Assembly: GCA_951406725.2 (NCBI GenBank)
Contig: OX597831.1
Span: forward strand, 23,250,001 to 23,314,000
Length of the DNA: 64,000 bases
Reading direction: 5' to 3'
Origin: Octopus vulgaris
Taxonomy: Eukaryota
The notes below the pieces were generated by a model. That model saw only the letters and a list, made by a program, of their open reading frames with translations. It had not been told where the DNA came from and did not search any database. The position numbers were made by a program, and so were the translations under genes. This document shows positions 51,137 to 64,000 of this stretch, in pieces (within the stretch, counting starts at the first letter, position 1; the number at the start of each line of letters is the position of its first letter).

Positions 51137-52720
51137 ATAAACTTCATTTATAAAACTCTTAATAGTTCACTCCATTAAACTTGGTACCATACATAAGTGT
51201 AACTTTTATAAATTGCAGAAAGCTGAATAACATTTATAAGTGTTTTAATAACTTAACATTGTTGAGTTCAATGCTTCCTAGTGGGAGGATAACAAGATGA
51301 TGGATTGATTCTAGTTGTCTACCCATCTCACTTTTCAATCACCATATTGACTAAAAATATATGGAATAAAAATCCACAAAACCCAAAGTGTGAGAAAAAC
51401 AAAAAAAAAACATGATACACAACAATAACATGAGACAAAAAAAAAAAAAAAAAGTGACCAGAAATCTGACAAGGTTTTACAGAGATAACGAAAAGAGAAC
51501 AACTTGTGTTTTAATTCCATAGCGAAAGAAAATTGATTAAAATAATTATAAAAATGGTATGAACAGAAAAAAAAAATTATATAAATTTGTAAAATTAAAA
51601 ATTTTTCACCAACACAGTTCAGAATCAATGAGGTTGAAAGTAAAGAGTAAAAATTTGGTACTGAATATTTGTAATATATTGAACTGAATTTGTTTTGACT
51701 TGGAGGAGATTGAACATGAAAGATTGATGAAAATTTGAAGAAAAATGTGAACGAAAAAAGAAAAAAAAAAAAAGGAAGGGAAACAAAAAGAATGAGTTAG
51801 AAAAGTGCAATGGTATGTTACACAATGTTATACAAACACTAAAACAATCAGAAATCTTACAAGAAGGAGAGAAAATATTATTAAAAGGAGAACAATAGGA
51901 GCATGAAGATAATGATCAAAATATTGACACAAAGATAAAGAAGCTTCAGGATTTAAAAGAAAAGTTGAAAATGGTAAGGAAAAACTAATAATGATAATAA
52001 AAAGTAGGATACTTTGAGAAATGATGCAAGCATTGATTTAGTAGTCGGAAGTAAAACTTTGTCATTGAGTGTGACTTGATGCAAGGAATTTTGAAATATA
52101 ATAATTATTTTCCTGAAACATTAAAGATTTCAATTGCAAAGCTATGGCTCTGTGGTATATGGTGTCTTTGATGATTTCTGAAATTAGCTTCAAAGCCTCG
52201 TTAAACTTTGTCATGTATTCCTTTCAGTTGTAACTGTATTTGATTGTTAGTTTTGGCATGTTTATGTGCATATATATTTATAAATCTATCACACACACAC
52301 ACATGTATGTATTTATGTATGTATGTATATGAATGCAGCTTATATTCTGCTTTATTTTGAAGGATCTTTTGCATTTTGCATTAATGCAGGAATTTAATTT
52401 TTTTTATCAAATATAATAATATAAGTTATTTACATGTTTTAAGTCATGAAACAATTTGTTGTGATATTAGAATTTTATTATTGTTAAATAAAATTACTTC
52501 AAACTATTTTTCTGTCATTTAAGACTTTATACACTCCCTATCGTTTTCTCTTGTATATTACTATATGTTCTATATGTTTTATAGAATGATGCATTAAGGA
52601 GTTTTTTATTAGTACTACTGAAATAATTGAATCCATACATTGTAGCTTATATATATATATAGTATAAAGTCAGGTATGAGATGAATGAAGATTTATTTTT
52701 TGCTATGTGACAGCCTTGTA

Positions 52721-53187
52721 CGAGGGGTGCTAAAAAGTCCTTAGCTTTAAGGGTATTGCAAAAGACCTGGTCAGAGGCCCAATCTTCAGAGTTCTTTTAC
52801 AAGGCTTAGAAAAGCTGAAGGAATACTGCAATAAGTGTGTAAATCTGAGAGGGGAATATGTTGAATGAAATCATAATTACCTGATCATCTTGTATTTTCT
52901 TATTTCTTTATTGCCCACAACGGCTAAACATAGGGGGGACAAACAAGGACAGACAAAGGGATTGAGTCGATTACATCGACCCCAGTGCGTAACTGGTACT
53001 TTATTTATCGACCCTGAAAGGATGAAAGGCAAAGTTGACCTTGGCGGAATTTGAACTCAGAACATAGCGACAGACAAAATACCACTAAGCATGTTGCCTG
53101 GCACGCTAACGTTTCTGCCAGCTCACTGCCTTAAATCATCCTGTATTTTCTTTTACCTAAAGCTAAAAACTTTTCAGTACCCCCTCA
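52721..53187. mobile_element. Mariner-type MITE interrupted by SINE family E (~52900-53132)
   Basis: Termini CGAGGGGTGCTAAAAAGT / ACTTTTCAGTACCCCCTCA; SINE TSD TCATC(T/C)TGTATTTTCT. Confidence 0.85.
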
Positions 53188-53494
53188 TATATTATAAAAT
53201 CGGGAGGTGCAAGAGTTGAATAAAGACTTAATTCTTCTGTATGCCTTCCACATAATTATCACCATTTTTAACCTTCACCTCTCATATCTCCTGACTTTAT
53301 TCTTAATTTACTCCCCATACAAAAAAATTTACTGTTAGAATTTCCTGTATCGTTGGCTGCATGGATATATTGTATTATACTACATAATAAGTGATAACTG
53401 ATAGCCAATTCTGAGTGAGGAGCTTACTGTGAATGCCTCTTGATTATCTAAATCCAAGTTTTCTATTATTCTTTTATATATATACACAAAAGAT

Positions 53495-53885
53495 ATGGCT
53501 ACATGGTAAGAAGTTTGCTTCCCAACTACATCGTCCTGGGTTCAATTAAAGCCTTGTGAGTGGATTTGGTAGACAGAAACTGAAAGAAGCTCCTTATGTG
53601 TATGTGTGTGTGCGTGTGTGTGTGTGTGCATATTTATGTGTGTGTGTGCATGTATATATTTATGCATGTGTGTGTCTGTGTTTTTTTCCTCACTGTCACT
53701 TGAGAACCGAAGTTGGTGTGTTTATGTCTCCGTAACTTAGCAGTTCAACAAAAGAGAATCACAGAATAAGTACTAAGCTTATAAGGAATGAGTCCTGACA
53801 TTGTTTACTCGGATTAAACCCCTACAAAGTGGTGCCCCAGCATGGCCACAGTCAAATGACCGAAACAAGTAAAAGAATAAAAAAG
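53495..53885 (+). mobile_element. SINE family A, diverged
   Basis: Homologous to 4731-5182. Confidence 0.8.
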
Positions 53886-54094
53886 TATATACTTGTTTAT
53901 TTATTTATTAATATGAAATGCATTGATGAGGAAACTGAAAAGCTGGGGCTTTTTTCTTCAGCAAAGTCTGGTTTTATTAGTTCTGCCATGACCCACAGAT
54001 ACTCTCTTGACATTCTCACTGGCCGGAATGAGGTGAAATTATTGGAAAATCATAACCAAAACTGATAATTTTCACAAAAATATGATATAATAAA

Positions 54095-54346
54095 ATAAAT
54101 GCGCCCTTTTAAAGCCTAGCCAGGCTCATGGGCCCGGTTTCCCGGTTTCAATGGCGTATGTGTTCCCCAGCTGGATGGGACGCCAGTCCATCTCAGTTTT
54201 ACTCATATTTGTCATCTGAGTGGACTGGAGCAATGCAAATTGAAGTGTTTTGCTCAAGAACACAACGCGTTGCATGGTCAAGGAATCGAAACCACAATCT
54301 TACGATCATGATGCTGACACCTTAACCACTAAGCTACGCGCCTCCA
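54095..54346 (-). mobile_element. tRNA-derived SINE (family C-related head, different tail)
   Basis: GGAGGCGCGTAGCTTAGTGG head, GGTTTCGATTCC B box, TSD AAAATATGATATA. Confidence 0.85.
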
Positions 54347-54920
54347 CAAAATATGATATACATAAATGTAAATAAATAAATAAATCAATGAAATTCCAGC
54401 AATGATATTTTCTCATCATCATTATTCACGGAATAAAACAAAAACAAAAAAAAAATTATATATTTCGCTCACAGATTCTAGCCAAATGGCACCTTAAATC
54501 TGAAAACGTTTAAGATCTTAGATAACTGTCTAGACACAGACAACGTAGTTATACTAATAATCCAGACATGTGCTTCCTTCATAAAATCTGTGTCGCTTGA
54601 TTCAAAGGACATGAATTGAATGGATAAAATGAAGATGACGTTGAGTGAATATGTGTCAATGGAAATTTATAAAGACAGAGAATAGATGGCGTATTTATGA
54701 AATAGCATCTAAGGCACTGATAAGTTTGCTGTTTTTGAGTAGTTACTGAGGATATGAAAATATTTTCCATATATGAATAAGCATGGCAATGTTGCCTAAG
54801 TATTTCAAAGCATACATGAGCGTATGTGTATGGTGCTATGCATATCTATCTATCTATATATATATATATACATATATGCATATTTAAATATGGTTATATA
54901 TAACTATGTTTATATATACA

Positions 54921-55488
54921 TAGGTTCAGGAGTGGCTGTGTGGTAAGAAGCTTGCTTCCCAGCCACAAGGTTCCGGGTTCAGCCCCACTGCATGGCACCT
55001 TGAGCAAGTCTCTTCTACTATAGCCTCGGGTAGCCCAAAGCCTTGTGAGTGGATTTGGTAGATGGAAACTAAAAGAAGCCCGTTGTATATTTATGTATGT
55101 TTTAGTTATTTGTGTCTGTGTTTGTCCACCCCACCACCATTGCTTGACAACCATTGTCGGTGTGTTTACGTCCCTGGGACATATTCAATGTAAGCCTAGT
55201 ATTTATTCTATCAGGACCTTTTGCTGAATGGCTTAGTGACAGAGATGTGAACACACCAACATTGGCTGTCAAGCGATGGGGCGGGGGACAAACCCAGACA
55301 CAAATATCAAGCACACACATACATATATATATATACATATGTATCTGCAACCGGCATCTTTCAGTTTCCGTCTACCAAATCCACTCAAAAGGATTTGGTC
55401 GGCCCAAGGCTGTAGTAAGGGACACTTTCCAGATGTGACATGCAGTGGCACATTGGGAAAGCTTCTTACCACACAGCCACTCCTGCAC
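54921..55488. mobile_element. Two family A SINEs fused tail-to-tail (inverted pair)
   Basis: Plus copy 54921-55180, minus copy 55190-55488. Confidence 0.85.
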
Positions 55489-55605
55489 TTATATATACAT
55501 ATATATATATATATATATTTAATCCAAATATGAAAACACAACAACGCGAGGACATGGAACAAGTATAGTGTTATTGGATGCTCAGGAAGGAAAGAAAGAA
55601 GGAGG

Positions 55606-55640
55606 ATTTAACGTTTCAAGCAGAACTCTTCATCAGAAAC
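55606..55640 (-). ncRNA. Minimal type-I hammerhead ribozyme motif with intact core
   Basis: GTTT-CTGATGA-A-GAG-ttctg-CTT-GAAA-C-GTT-AAAT; palindromic AACGTT stem III. Confidence 0.65.
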
Positions 55641-55734
55641 ATAGAAAAGGGAAGGATCCAAGGAAGGGAAGACGGAGGAAAAAAATTTGCCAAGGATACA
55701 CACAGGGTCAACACACACACACATAGATAGATAA

Positions 55735-55796
<62 letters not shown>

Positions 55797-56269
55797 GAAC
55801 ATTTATATATACATGTACACACACACATATACTCAGATGTATACACATACGCACATACAAACATGCATACACAGATATTTATTAGTTGTGAAATGAAGAG
55901 AGTGTTTTAACTGAAAGGCAGCAATAACTGAGTAGCCACAACAAATATTCTCACAAGAGATACTCAATGCAAGGTAGCTGCTACCTTGTGTTTCTTTACG
56001 ATGGTGTTCAGCAGCTAAAAGGTATTATCTCATTGATGTTGCACAGGCTTTCGTTTGTCACATAGTATTAGTGAATGTAATTGATTGAAGAGCAGATCAA
56101 AGACTAATTCAGAAAATCTAATTTCGAAAAAGATGAAAAAGAAAAAACATCAGCAAAATGCATGAACTTCATAAGACAGGCAATCATTCTATATACATAT
56201 ATATATATATATACATATATTTATATATATGTGTATATACATATATTTATATATATGTGTATATACATA

Positions 56270-56324
<55 letters not shown>

Positions 56325-56472
56325 ATGTAGTATGTATATGTATATATATATATATATATATGTACATATATTTGCATATATATGTATTATGTAATATTGA
56401 TGTACAATAAAGATTTATATATATGATGTGTTACATAATTCCTTTCTCTCTCCCATAGACATATCTGCATGC

Positions 56473-56528
<56 letters not shown>

Positions 56529-56824
56529 TATCTTTACATATGTACATATATGTGTATATCTTTATTATTGTGCATATATACACATCTATATATTTATATA
56601 TTTGACATATATATATATATATATATATATATACTTGCAAATACATGCATACACACATACACATACATATTGCTATACATATAATGCTATATGATTTTCA
56701 CATATACATATTTGAAAAAAAAAGTTATGTCTATATATATATATATCTATATATTTTTCTGTCTATCTATCTATCAATCTATCTGTCTACCTCTCTCTCT
56801 CTTTCTTTATATATATATATATAA

Positions 56825-56855
<31 letters not shown>

Positions 56856-57109
56856 TGTATGTATGTATGTATGTATGTATGTATGTATGTATACACACAT
56901 ACTTTTATATACATGTGTATGTAAGCTTGGGAGGATGCTTTTTTATGTATATGTGTGTGCGTGTGTGTATATGTGTGTGTGTATGCATGTAGTAATTGCA
57001 TGCATACCACATGTTACAAATGTTCAGACACTCATTTATTCCGTGTATATGTATGTATATGTATGTGGGTACCAATATATATTCGTATATATGTGTGTTT
57101 GTGTGTGTT

Positions 57110-57167
<58 letters not shown>

Positions 57168-57654
57168 CATACACACACACCCCTACACACAGGGAGTGAG
57201 TACAAAAGGGAAAGTGAAAGAGAGAGGAATAGAGAGACAGAGGGAGAGAGAGAGAAGCAGAATCGATAGATACATATTTAATAGACTATAAGCTTTTAAT
57301 GTTACAAAAGCCAATTAGATTACTAAAAGATGAACAAAAATTTAAATAAGTGTTCTAATGCATTAAGTTGTTTGAAGTGAGAGTCATCTAAAAATTGAAA
57401 TGCGAAAGCAAATAAAAACAAAGCAAAAAGAATTAAGCTAAACATCAAGTGGGAAGCGGGGGGGAGGGAATCCAGATTTTACCGGACATATGGAGCTTTA
57501 AGTATCTTCATCTGCATGCTGGATTTGTGTGCATGCATGTGCATCTGTACTTATGCATGTATGTATATATATATATACATATAATATGCGTGTGATGTGT
57601 GTGTGTGTATATACATATATATGTATACATATATATGTATATATGTGTGTGTAT

Positions 57655-57722
<68 letters not shown>

Positions 57723-58005
57723 GTATGTATGTATATATGTATCTATGTATATATATATATATGTATGTTTGTATGTATATATGTATATGTATATATGTAT
57801 ATATATATACGTATATGTATATATGTATCATCATCATCATCATCATGTATGTATGTATATATATGTATATGTATGTATGTATATATATATATATGTATAT
57901 GTATGTATGTATGTATGTATATATATATATATGTATATGTATGTATGTGTATGTATATATATATACACGTATGTATATATATGTATGTAAATGTGTATAT
58001 ATATG

Positions 58006-58040
<35 letters not shown>

Positions 58041-58535
58041 GTATGTATATATGTATATATATAATTATATAATATTAAGTGTATTTACATAAACACTTAT
58101 TCACCAACATGTACATATATGTTTACATTCATATTGGCATGTGTATATATACATATATATACACACACATATATACCTATGTGTACATATGCATGCATAT
58201 ATATGTGTGTGTATGTGTTTTTGTGTGTGTGTGTGTGTGTATATATATGAATAGGGACATTTTGAAATCCCTCTAAATTAAATTTATTCAATATTTCATA
58301 TCTACAGTTAACTTAAATACTTTTATCTCTTATCCTAACATCTCGCTCATTCTGAATCAGTCCTAAGCTTTCTCTGTCCCTCTCCCACTCTCTCTCCCCC
58401 TGTCTCTCTGTTCATACATACATACAATCATTCCAATGATAGAGTTTTGTATCTGTGTTAGAAAGCAGCCCCTTCCTCAGAGGAAGACTTTACATAATTG
58501 AAGTCAGAAGAGAATATGCATTCATACATACATAA

Positions 58536-59012
<477 letters not shown>

Positions 59013-59262
59013 ATTTTTCTGCTAGACCACTGGTGTGCTCTTTCACCACTACATTATCTCACTCTTTCTTCTCTTTCTGCTGTACCTGTATTTCAAGGGT
59101 CCGGCCTTGTCACACACTTTGTCACACTGGATCTCCCCGAGAACTACATTAAGGGTACATGTATCTGTGGAGTGCTCAGTCACTTGCACGTTAATTTCAT
59201 GAGCTGGCTGTTCTGCTCATTGGATCAACTGGAACCCTCATCGTTCTAGCCGATGGAGTGTC

Positions 59263-59310
<48 letters not shown>

Positions 59311-59678
59311 AACACCCACATACATACATGCACACATATATATGCATTTTTGTGTATATGTGCGTGCATTTTAATACACACTCACAGAGATAGAGAGAGA
59401 AAGAGAGAACTAGATAGTTACAGAGATAAACTGACACATACATACATACATACATACATACGTGTGTGTGTGTGTGTTTGTGTGTGCATGCATGTGAGAT
59501 GTTATCTATATATCTGTCTTCATCTGAATAATATATTTAAGAACAGTATTACTTATATCTATATGAATTCCATGTTGCAACCATTATCCTCTACTGTTAC
59601 ACTCTCTCTTGATTTTTGTGTGTGTATAGATAGGTAGGTAGATGGATGGATGGGTAAAAATATACTCACATGCATGTA

Positions 59679-59763
<85 letters not shown>

Positions 59764-59840
59764 CAGATGAATATGGTACTTAAGTTGAAGGCACCAGAAT
59801 TTACTATGGTATTATTCATATAATTTAAAATAAGGTGATT

Positions 59841-60234
<394 letters not shown>

Positions 60235-60587
60235 TTTAGGAAAACAATTTTCCAAATTAATCAGGTACAACCCTTCAGCATTATATGCATCTACATATCG
60301 TACTTTGGGGTCTTATTTATCATATATTTATATATTTATCTATAAATGTACAAAGTATCTGATAAAATTCAATATTCAACTTTTCAGTATTAATCGATAT
60401 GCGGGTATTCTATTTCAGATAATGCAAAAATAACCTAATGAGTGTAATTGACAGTAAACTCATGGTATCAGTTTGCACATCATAAAATAATACTTAAAGA
60501 ATATAACCAAAATTCCCAGCAGAGCATATAATATACTTCGTGAATTATATCCTTCTTTAGTTAATACTTATATTTATTAAATATGAA

Positions 60588-60729
60588 GAAACTGACACAT
60601 GTTTCAGTATTGGAAGATTACAATATATAAAGATATACATATACTCAACTGTATACTCATATATGTACATATATAAATACATATATGCAATCTTCAGATT
60701 TACAATTATTCCAACACATCTTCAGGTTC
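60588..60729 (-). ncRNA. Hammerhead motif with extended stem II
   Basis: GAAC-CTGAAGA-t-GTGTTGG..GAAGATTGCA...TGTAATCTTC-CAATAC-t-GAAA-C-ATGT-GTC-AGTTTC. Confidence 0.6.
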
Positions 60730-60884
60730 TATTTCAAAATATTATATATCTAATTTTACATCCCTTTAAAAATAAGCAATACAATTATGCATTAAAGATT
60801 AAAATTAAGAATTAAAAGTGCTTCCCATTTGCTTGGCAGACGGTCAGACCGTCTTTTAAAGATGTTTTTTATTAAATATTGTTA

Positions 60885-61266
60885 TCTCTATATATATAAA
60901 GCTGAAGTTGTCTGAATATGGCAGGTTTGGTAGCCTTCAACTAACACTATCTCCTCCAAGACCCTGCAGTGCAAGTTGACCAAAACTGAGAGTATGATAG
61001 AAGAATGCTTGCTCTTCCTTCCGTAGAAGAAAAAATTCAAATCAGACCATGTTAACACCAAAAATTATTTACATCAAAATGGTGCTTTTTTTTTAATGAA
61101 AATCCCTATTTTTTACGATTTTTTTCTGCTGTGTCGCCATTTTTCGGTGTATTTCAACCAGAAAAATGTTCACTTAAAGAGAATAACAAGCTACATAATG
61201 CAAAATTTTTACTTTTCAAAAATTCTAATTCTAAAGGGTCGAAACAAACCCGGGCAATACTGCTAG
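60885..61266 (+). mobile_element. Non-autonomous Helitron
   Basis: A|TCTCTATATATATAAAGCTG 5' end; CCCGGGCAATACTGCTAG|T 3' end, similar to the 21162-21540 terminus. Confidence 0.8.
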
Positions 61267-61318
61267 TTGTTATATAAAATTTGTTGTAAAAAGGCTACAA
61301 TGATTATATATATAAATG

Positions 61319-61441
<123 letters not shown>

Positions 61442-62184
61442 CATGTCATAAATATATACATATATTGAAGTAAATGGTGAAAATGCTTTTGCAAGTGATC
61501 TTAGCAGAAACATTACAGTGCTGGATAGATTCCTGAGTGGCATTTCCTCCATCTTCACATTCTGAGTTCAAATTCCACTGGGGTCAACTTTGCCTTTTAT
61601 TTTTTCAGGGTTGATAAATTAAGTACCAGTGTATCTAACTTTACATCCCTTTAAAAATAAGCAATACAATTACTCTTTTTGTCTGTGTATGGCACGTTTG
61701 GTAGATTTCAACTAACACTATCTCCTCCGAGACCCTGCAGCACAAGTTGACCAAAATCGAGAGTATGATAGAAGAAGGCTTGCTCTTCAGGGTCGATGTA
61801 ATCGTCTAGTCCCCTCCCCCAAAATTTCAGGCCTTGTGCCTAAAATAGAAAGGATTATTAATATCTTTTTTTTTTTATTACAACCAAAGGTTCTTCTACA
61901 TTTCCTCTTTATTGAAAGACAAGAATTTGGTGGCTTGACATGAATGTATGTCTTCAAAGTGTTTGTAGTATATTGTATACCAGGCAATAGTCACTGAAAA
62001 ACTTGTCATATATTTAAATGAGGTATTGATTTATTTTGCCAATGTTTTATCAGTTTATTGCTGAGAGAAGCTAAATAAATAAATAAGAGACACAAAGTAA
62101 ATTAGAATTTGTTATGAAGATATGAAAATTATTTTGAAGTTACTTGAGGATGTAATTATCATCATCATCATCATCATCGTTTAA

Positions 62185-62407
62185 CCCTTTCATTATTGTA
62201 TTTATTTTGAGATGCTCTGTGTTTCTCTCAATTAATTTTAAATATAACAAAAAATTTAGTAAAATAACTTCGTTATAATTAAGCTAGTGCTAGGAACCTT
62301 AATTGTGGTTAAGGTTTGGGGGGAAGATTTTTATTCAAAACTTATGGAAACAAGACATTTGTACTACAGAGCCAGAGCCGGTTTCAGCCAGGTTGGTAAT
62401 AAAATGG
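62185..62407. mobile_element. piggyBac-type MITE
   Basis: TTAA|CCCTTT...AAATGG|TTAA, splitting the GTTTAATGTCCG tail of a family D element. Confidence 0.75.
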
Positions 62408-62814
62408 TTAATGTCCGTTTTCTATGCTGGCATGGGTTGGACGGTTTGACTGAGGTCTGGAGAGCCAGCAGCTGCACCAGGCTCCAATCTGGCTATATTT
62501 CAATAGCTGGATGTCCCTCCAAACGCCAACCACTCCAAGAGTGTATTGGGAGCTTTTTATGTTCCACCAACAGAGGAGCCAGTCCGGCGGGTCTGGCATC
62601 GATTGCGTTTGGATAGTGCTTTTTATGTGCCACCAGCATGGGAGCCAGTCAGTGGGTACTGGCATCAGCCACGTTCAAATGGAGCTTTTTACGTGCCACT
62701 AGCACAGAAGCCAGTCAGAGGGTACTGGCATTGGCCACATTCAGATGGTGCATATTTATGTGCCACCAGCATCGAAGCCAGTCAGGCAAGCCTGGCATCA
62801 AACACATTCAGATG
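62408..62814 (-). mobile_element. Family D element with four ~66-bp tandem subrepeats
   Basis: G(A/T)GCTTTTTA(C/T)GTGCCACCAGCA...AGCCAGTC...CTGGCAT occurs four times. Confidence 0.85.
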
Positions 62815-63484
62815 ACACACACACACATATTACACTCTCAGTTTGCAAACAGTAATTATATATATATATATATGTATATATAAATTATACTATTTTATAT
62901 AGAGGTTATTAACATTAACAATACTCAGAAACAGGCAAGAATCGAAATGTTCAAATTGAGCTAAGTTCCAATATATAATTTGAATGGATGCAATACGAAC
63001 GGAAAACTAGTGGAACATGACCAATTATCCAATAGAATATTCAATATATATGTGCACTTTCCTCGACATTAATAAATCAATCAATATAAAGTTCGAATAA
63101 TATTAGTATTAAAAACATATAAGCATATAAATATTTAATATTTATATGCGCGCAAATATTTTAAAATATTTAAAAATATGTAGTCCTTTAAAAAAAATAT
63201 ATAAATACATAAATAGATATAAAAAACATCGATATGATATAAGATAAAAACTCGTAGGTATTTAAAAATATTTTAGAATACTCATAAATATATATAAATA
63301 CGCAGGCAAAATAGAAAACATCAATATAATATAAGACATATTGAATTATTAATTCACACGATAAGATACGAGGGAATAAAAATTTACGTGTTACAACACG
63401 GAGTCCAGTGGAAAGTTTGAAATTATAAAACATTAAAATGACATACTAATACACAAAGATAATGTTTATTGGATCCAAAAGTTT

Positions 63485-63571
63485 CATTGACGGGCTGTTT
63501 CGGAGATGTGTCAGATAATATGACATAAAATTTCATATTTGAAGGAAACAGACGTTCCCCTCATCAGGATG
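63485..63571 (-). ncRNA. Hammerhead motif with long stem II
   Basis: CATC-CTGATGA-GGGGA...TCTCC-GAAA-C-AGCCC-GTC-AATG. Confidence 0.6.
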
Positions 63572-63745
63572 CTGATGTGAAGCATCCTGATGAGGCTACC
63601 TGTTGTCATCTGCAGTTGTGGTACACTTTGGTTTGATTAACTTCAGGAACTTTGCAGTGGCAGTTAGGGTATTATTAGCATTCATTAAGTTTGCTTTTAT
63701 TCATTCTTGAACTGGATGGGCATATAACAAAAAATCTCTATTAAT

Positions 63746-63790
63746 GTACCTGAAGAAACCCAGATTGATCAGTCGAAACATATGTTGTAC
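63746..63790 (+). ncRNA. Minimal type-I hammerhead ribozyme motif
   Basis: GTAC-CTGAAGA-AACC..CAGTC-GAAA-C-ATAT-GTT-GTAC; perfect stem I, palindromic ACATATGT stem III, decayed stem II. Confidence 0.65.
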
Positions 63791-63806
63791 CTACTAAAAG
63801 TCTAGA

Positions 63807-64000
63807 TTGTTACCAGTGTTGCCTTACTGGCACCTGTGCCGGTGGCATGTGTAAAAAGATTCGAGCAAGGTCATTGCCAGTGGCACGTAAAAGCACCCAC
63901 TGCACTCTCAGAGTGGTTGGCTTTAGGAAGTACATCCAGCTGTAGAAACTCTGCCAGATCAAGATTGGAGCCTGGTGCAGCCATCTGCTTCGCCAGCCCT
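63807..64000 (+). mobile_element. Family D element, running off the window end
   Basis: Homologous to 14650-14940. Confidence 0.85.

Overview
AT-rich, microsatellite-saturated eukaryotic non-coding DNA. The SINE families and repeat landscape look cephalopod (Octopus-like); this is inferred from remembered repeat types, not from a search. No intact protein-coding gene can be supported, and nearly all ORFs in the track are translations of (TA)n, (CA)n, (AAT)n or (GAT)n repeats or of SINEs. The window is a mosaic of five or more SINE families, an RTE LINE 3' remnant, mariner, maT, Tigger and piggyBac-type DNA transposon remnants and MITEs, three non-autonomous Helitrons and many fold-back palindromes. 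The most interesting signal is a dispersed Penelope-like (PLE)/hammerhead system with four parts: (i) about ten minimal type-I hammerhead ribozyme motifs in unrelated sequence contexts; (ii) a tRNA-headed (pol III) short element carrying a hammerhead, found at two loci as head-to-head inverted pairs; (iii) a GIY-YIG endonuclease remnant with no visible RT, between ~290-bp inverted repeats; (iv) a separate PLE RT remnant. Two weak minus-strand candidate exons are noted. Coordinates were read by eye and may be off by a few bases.
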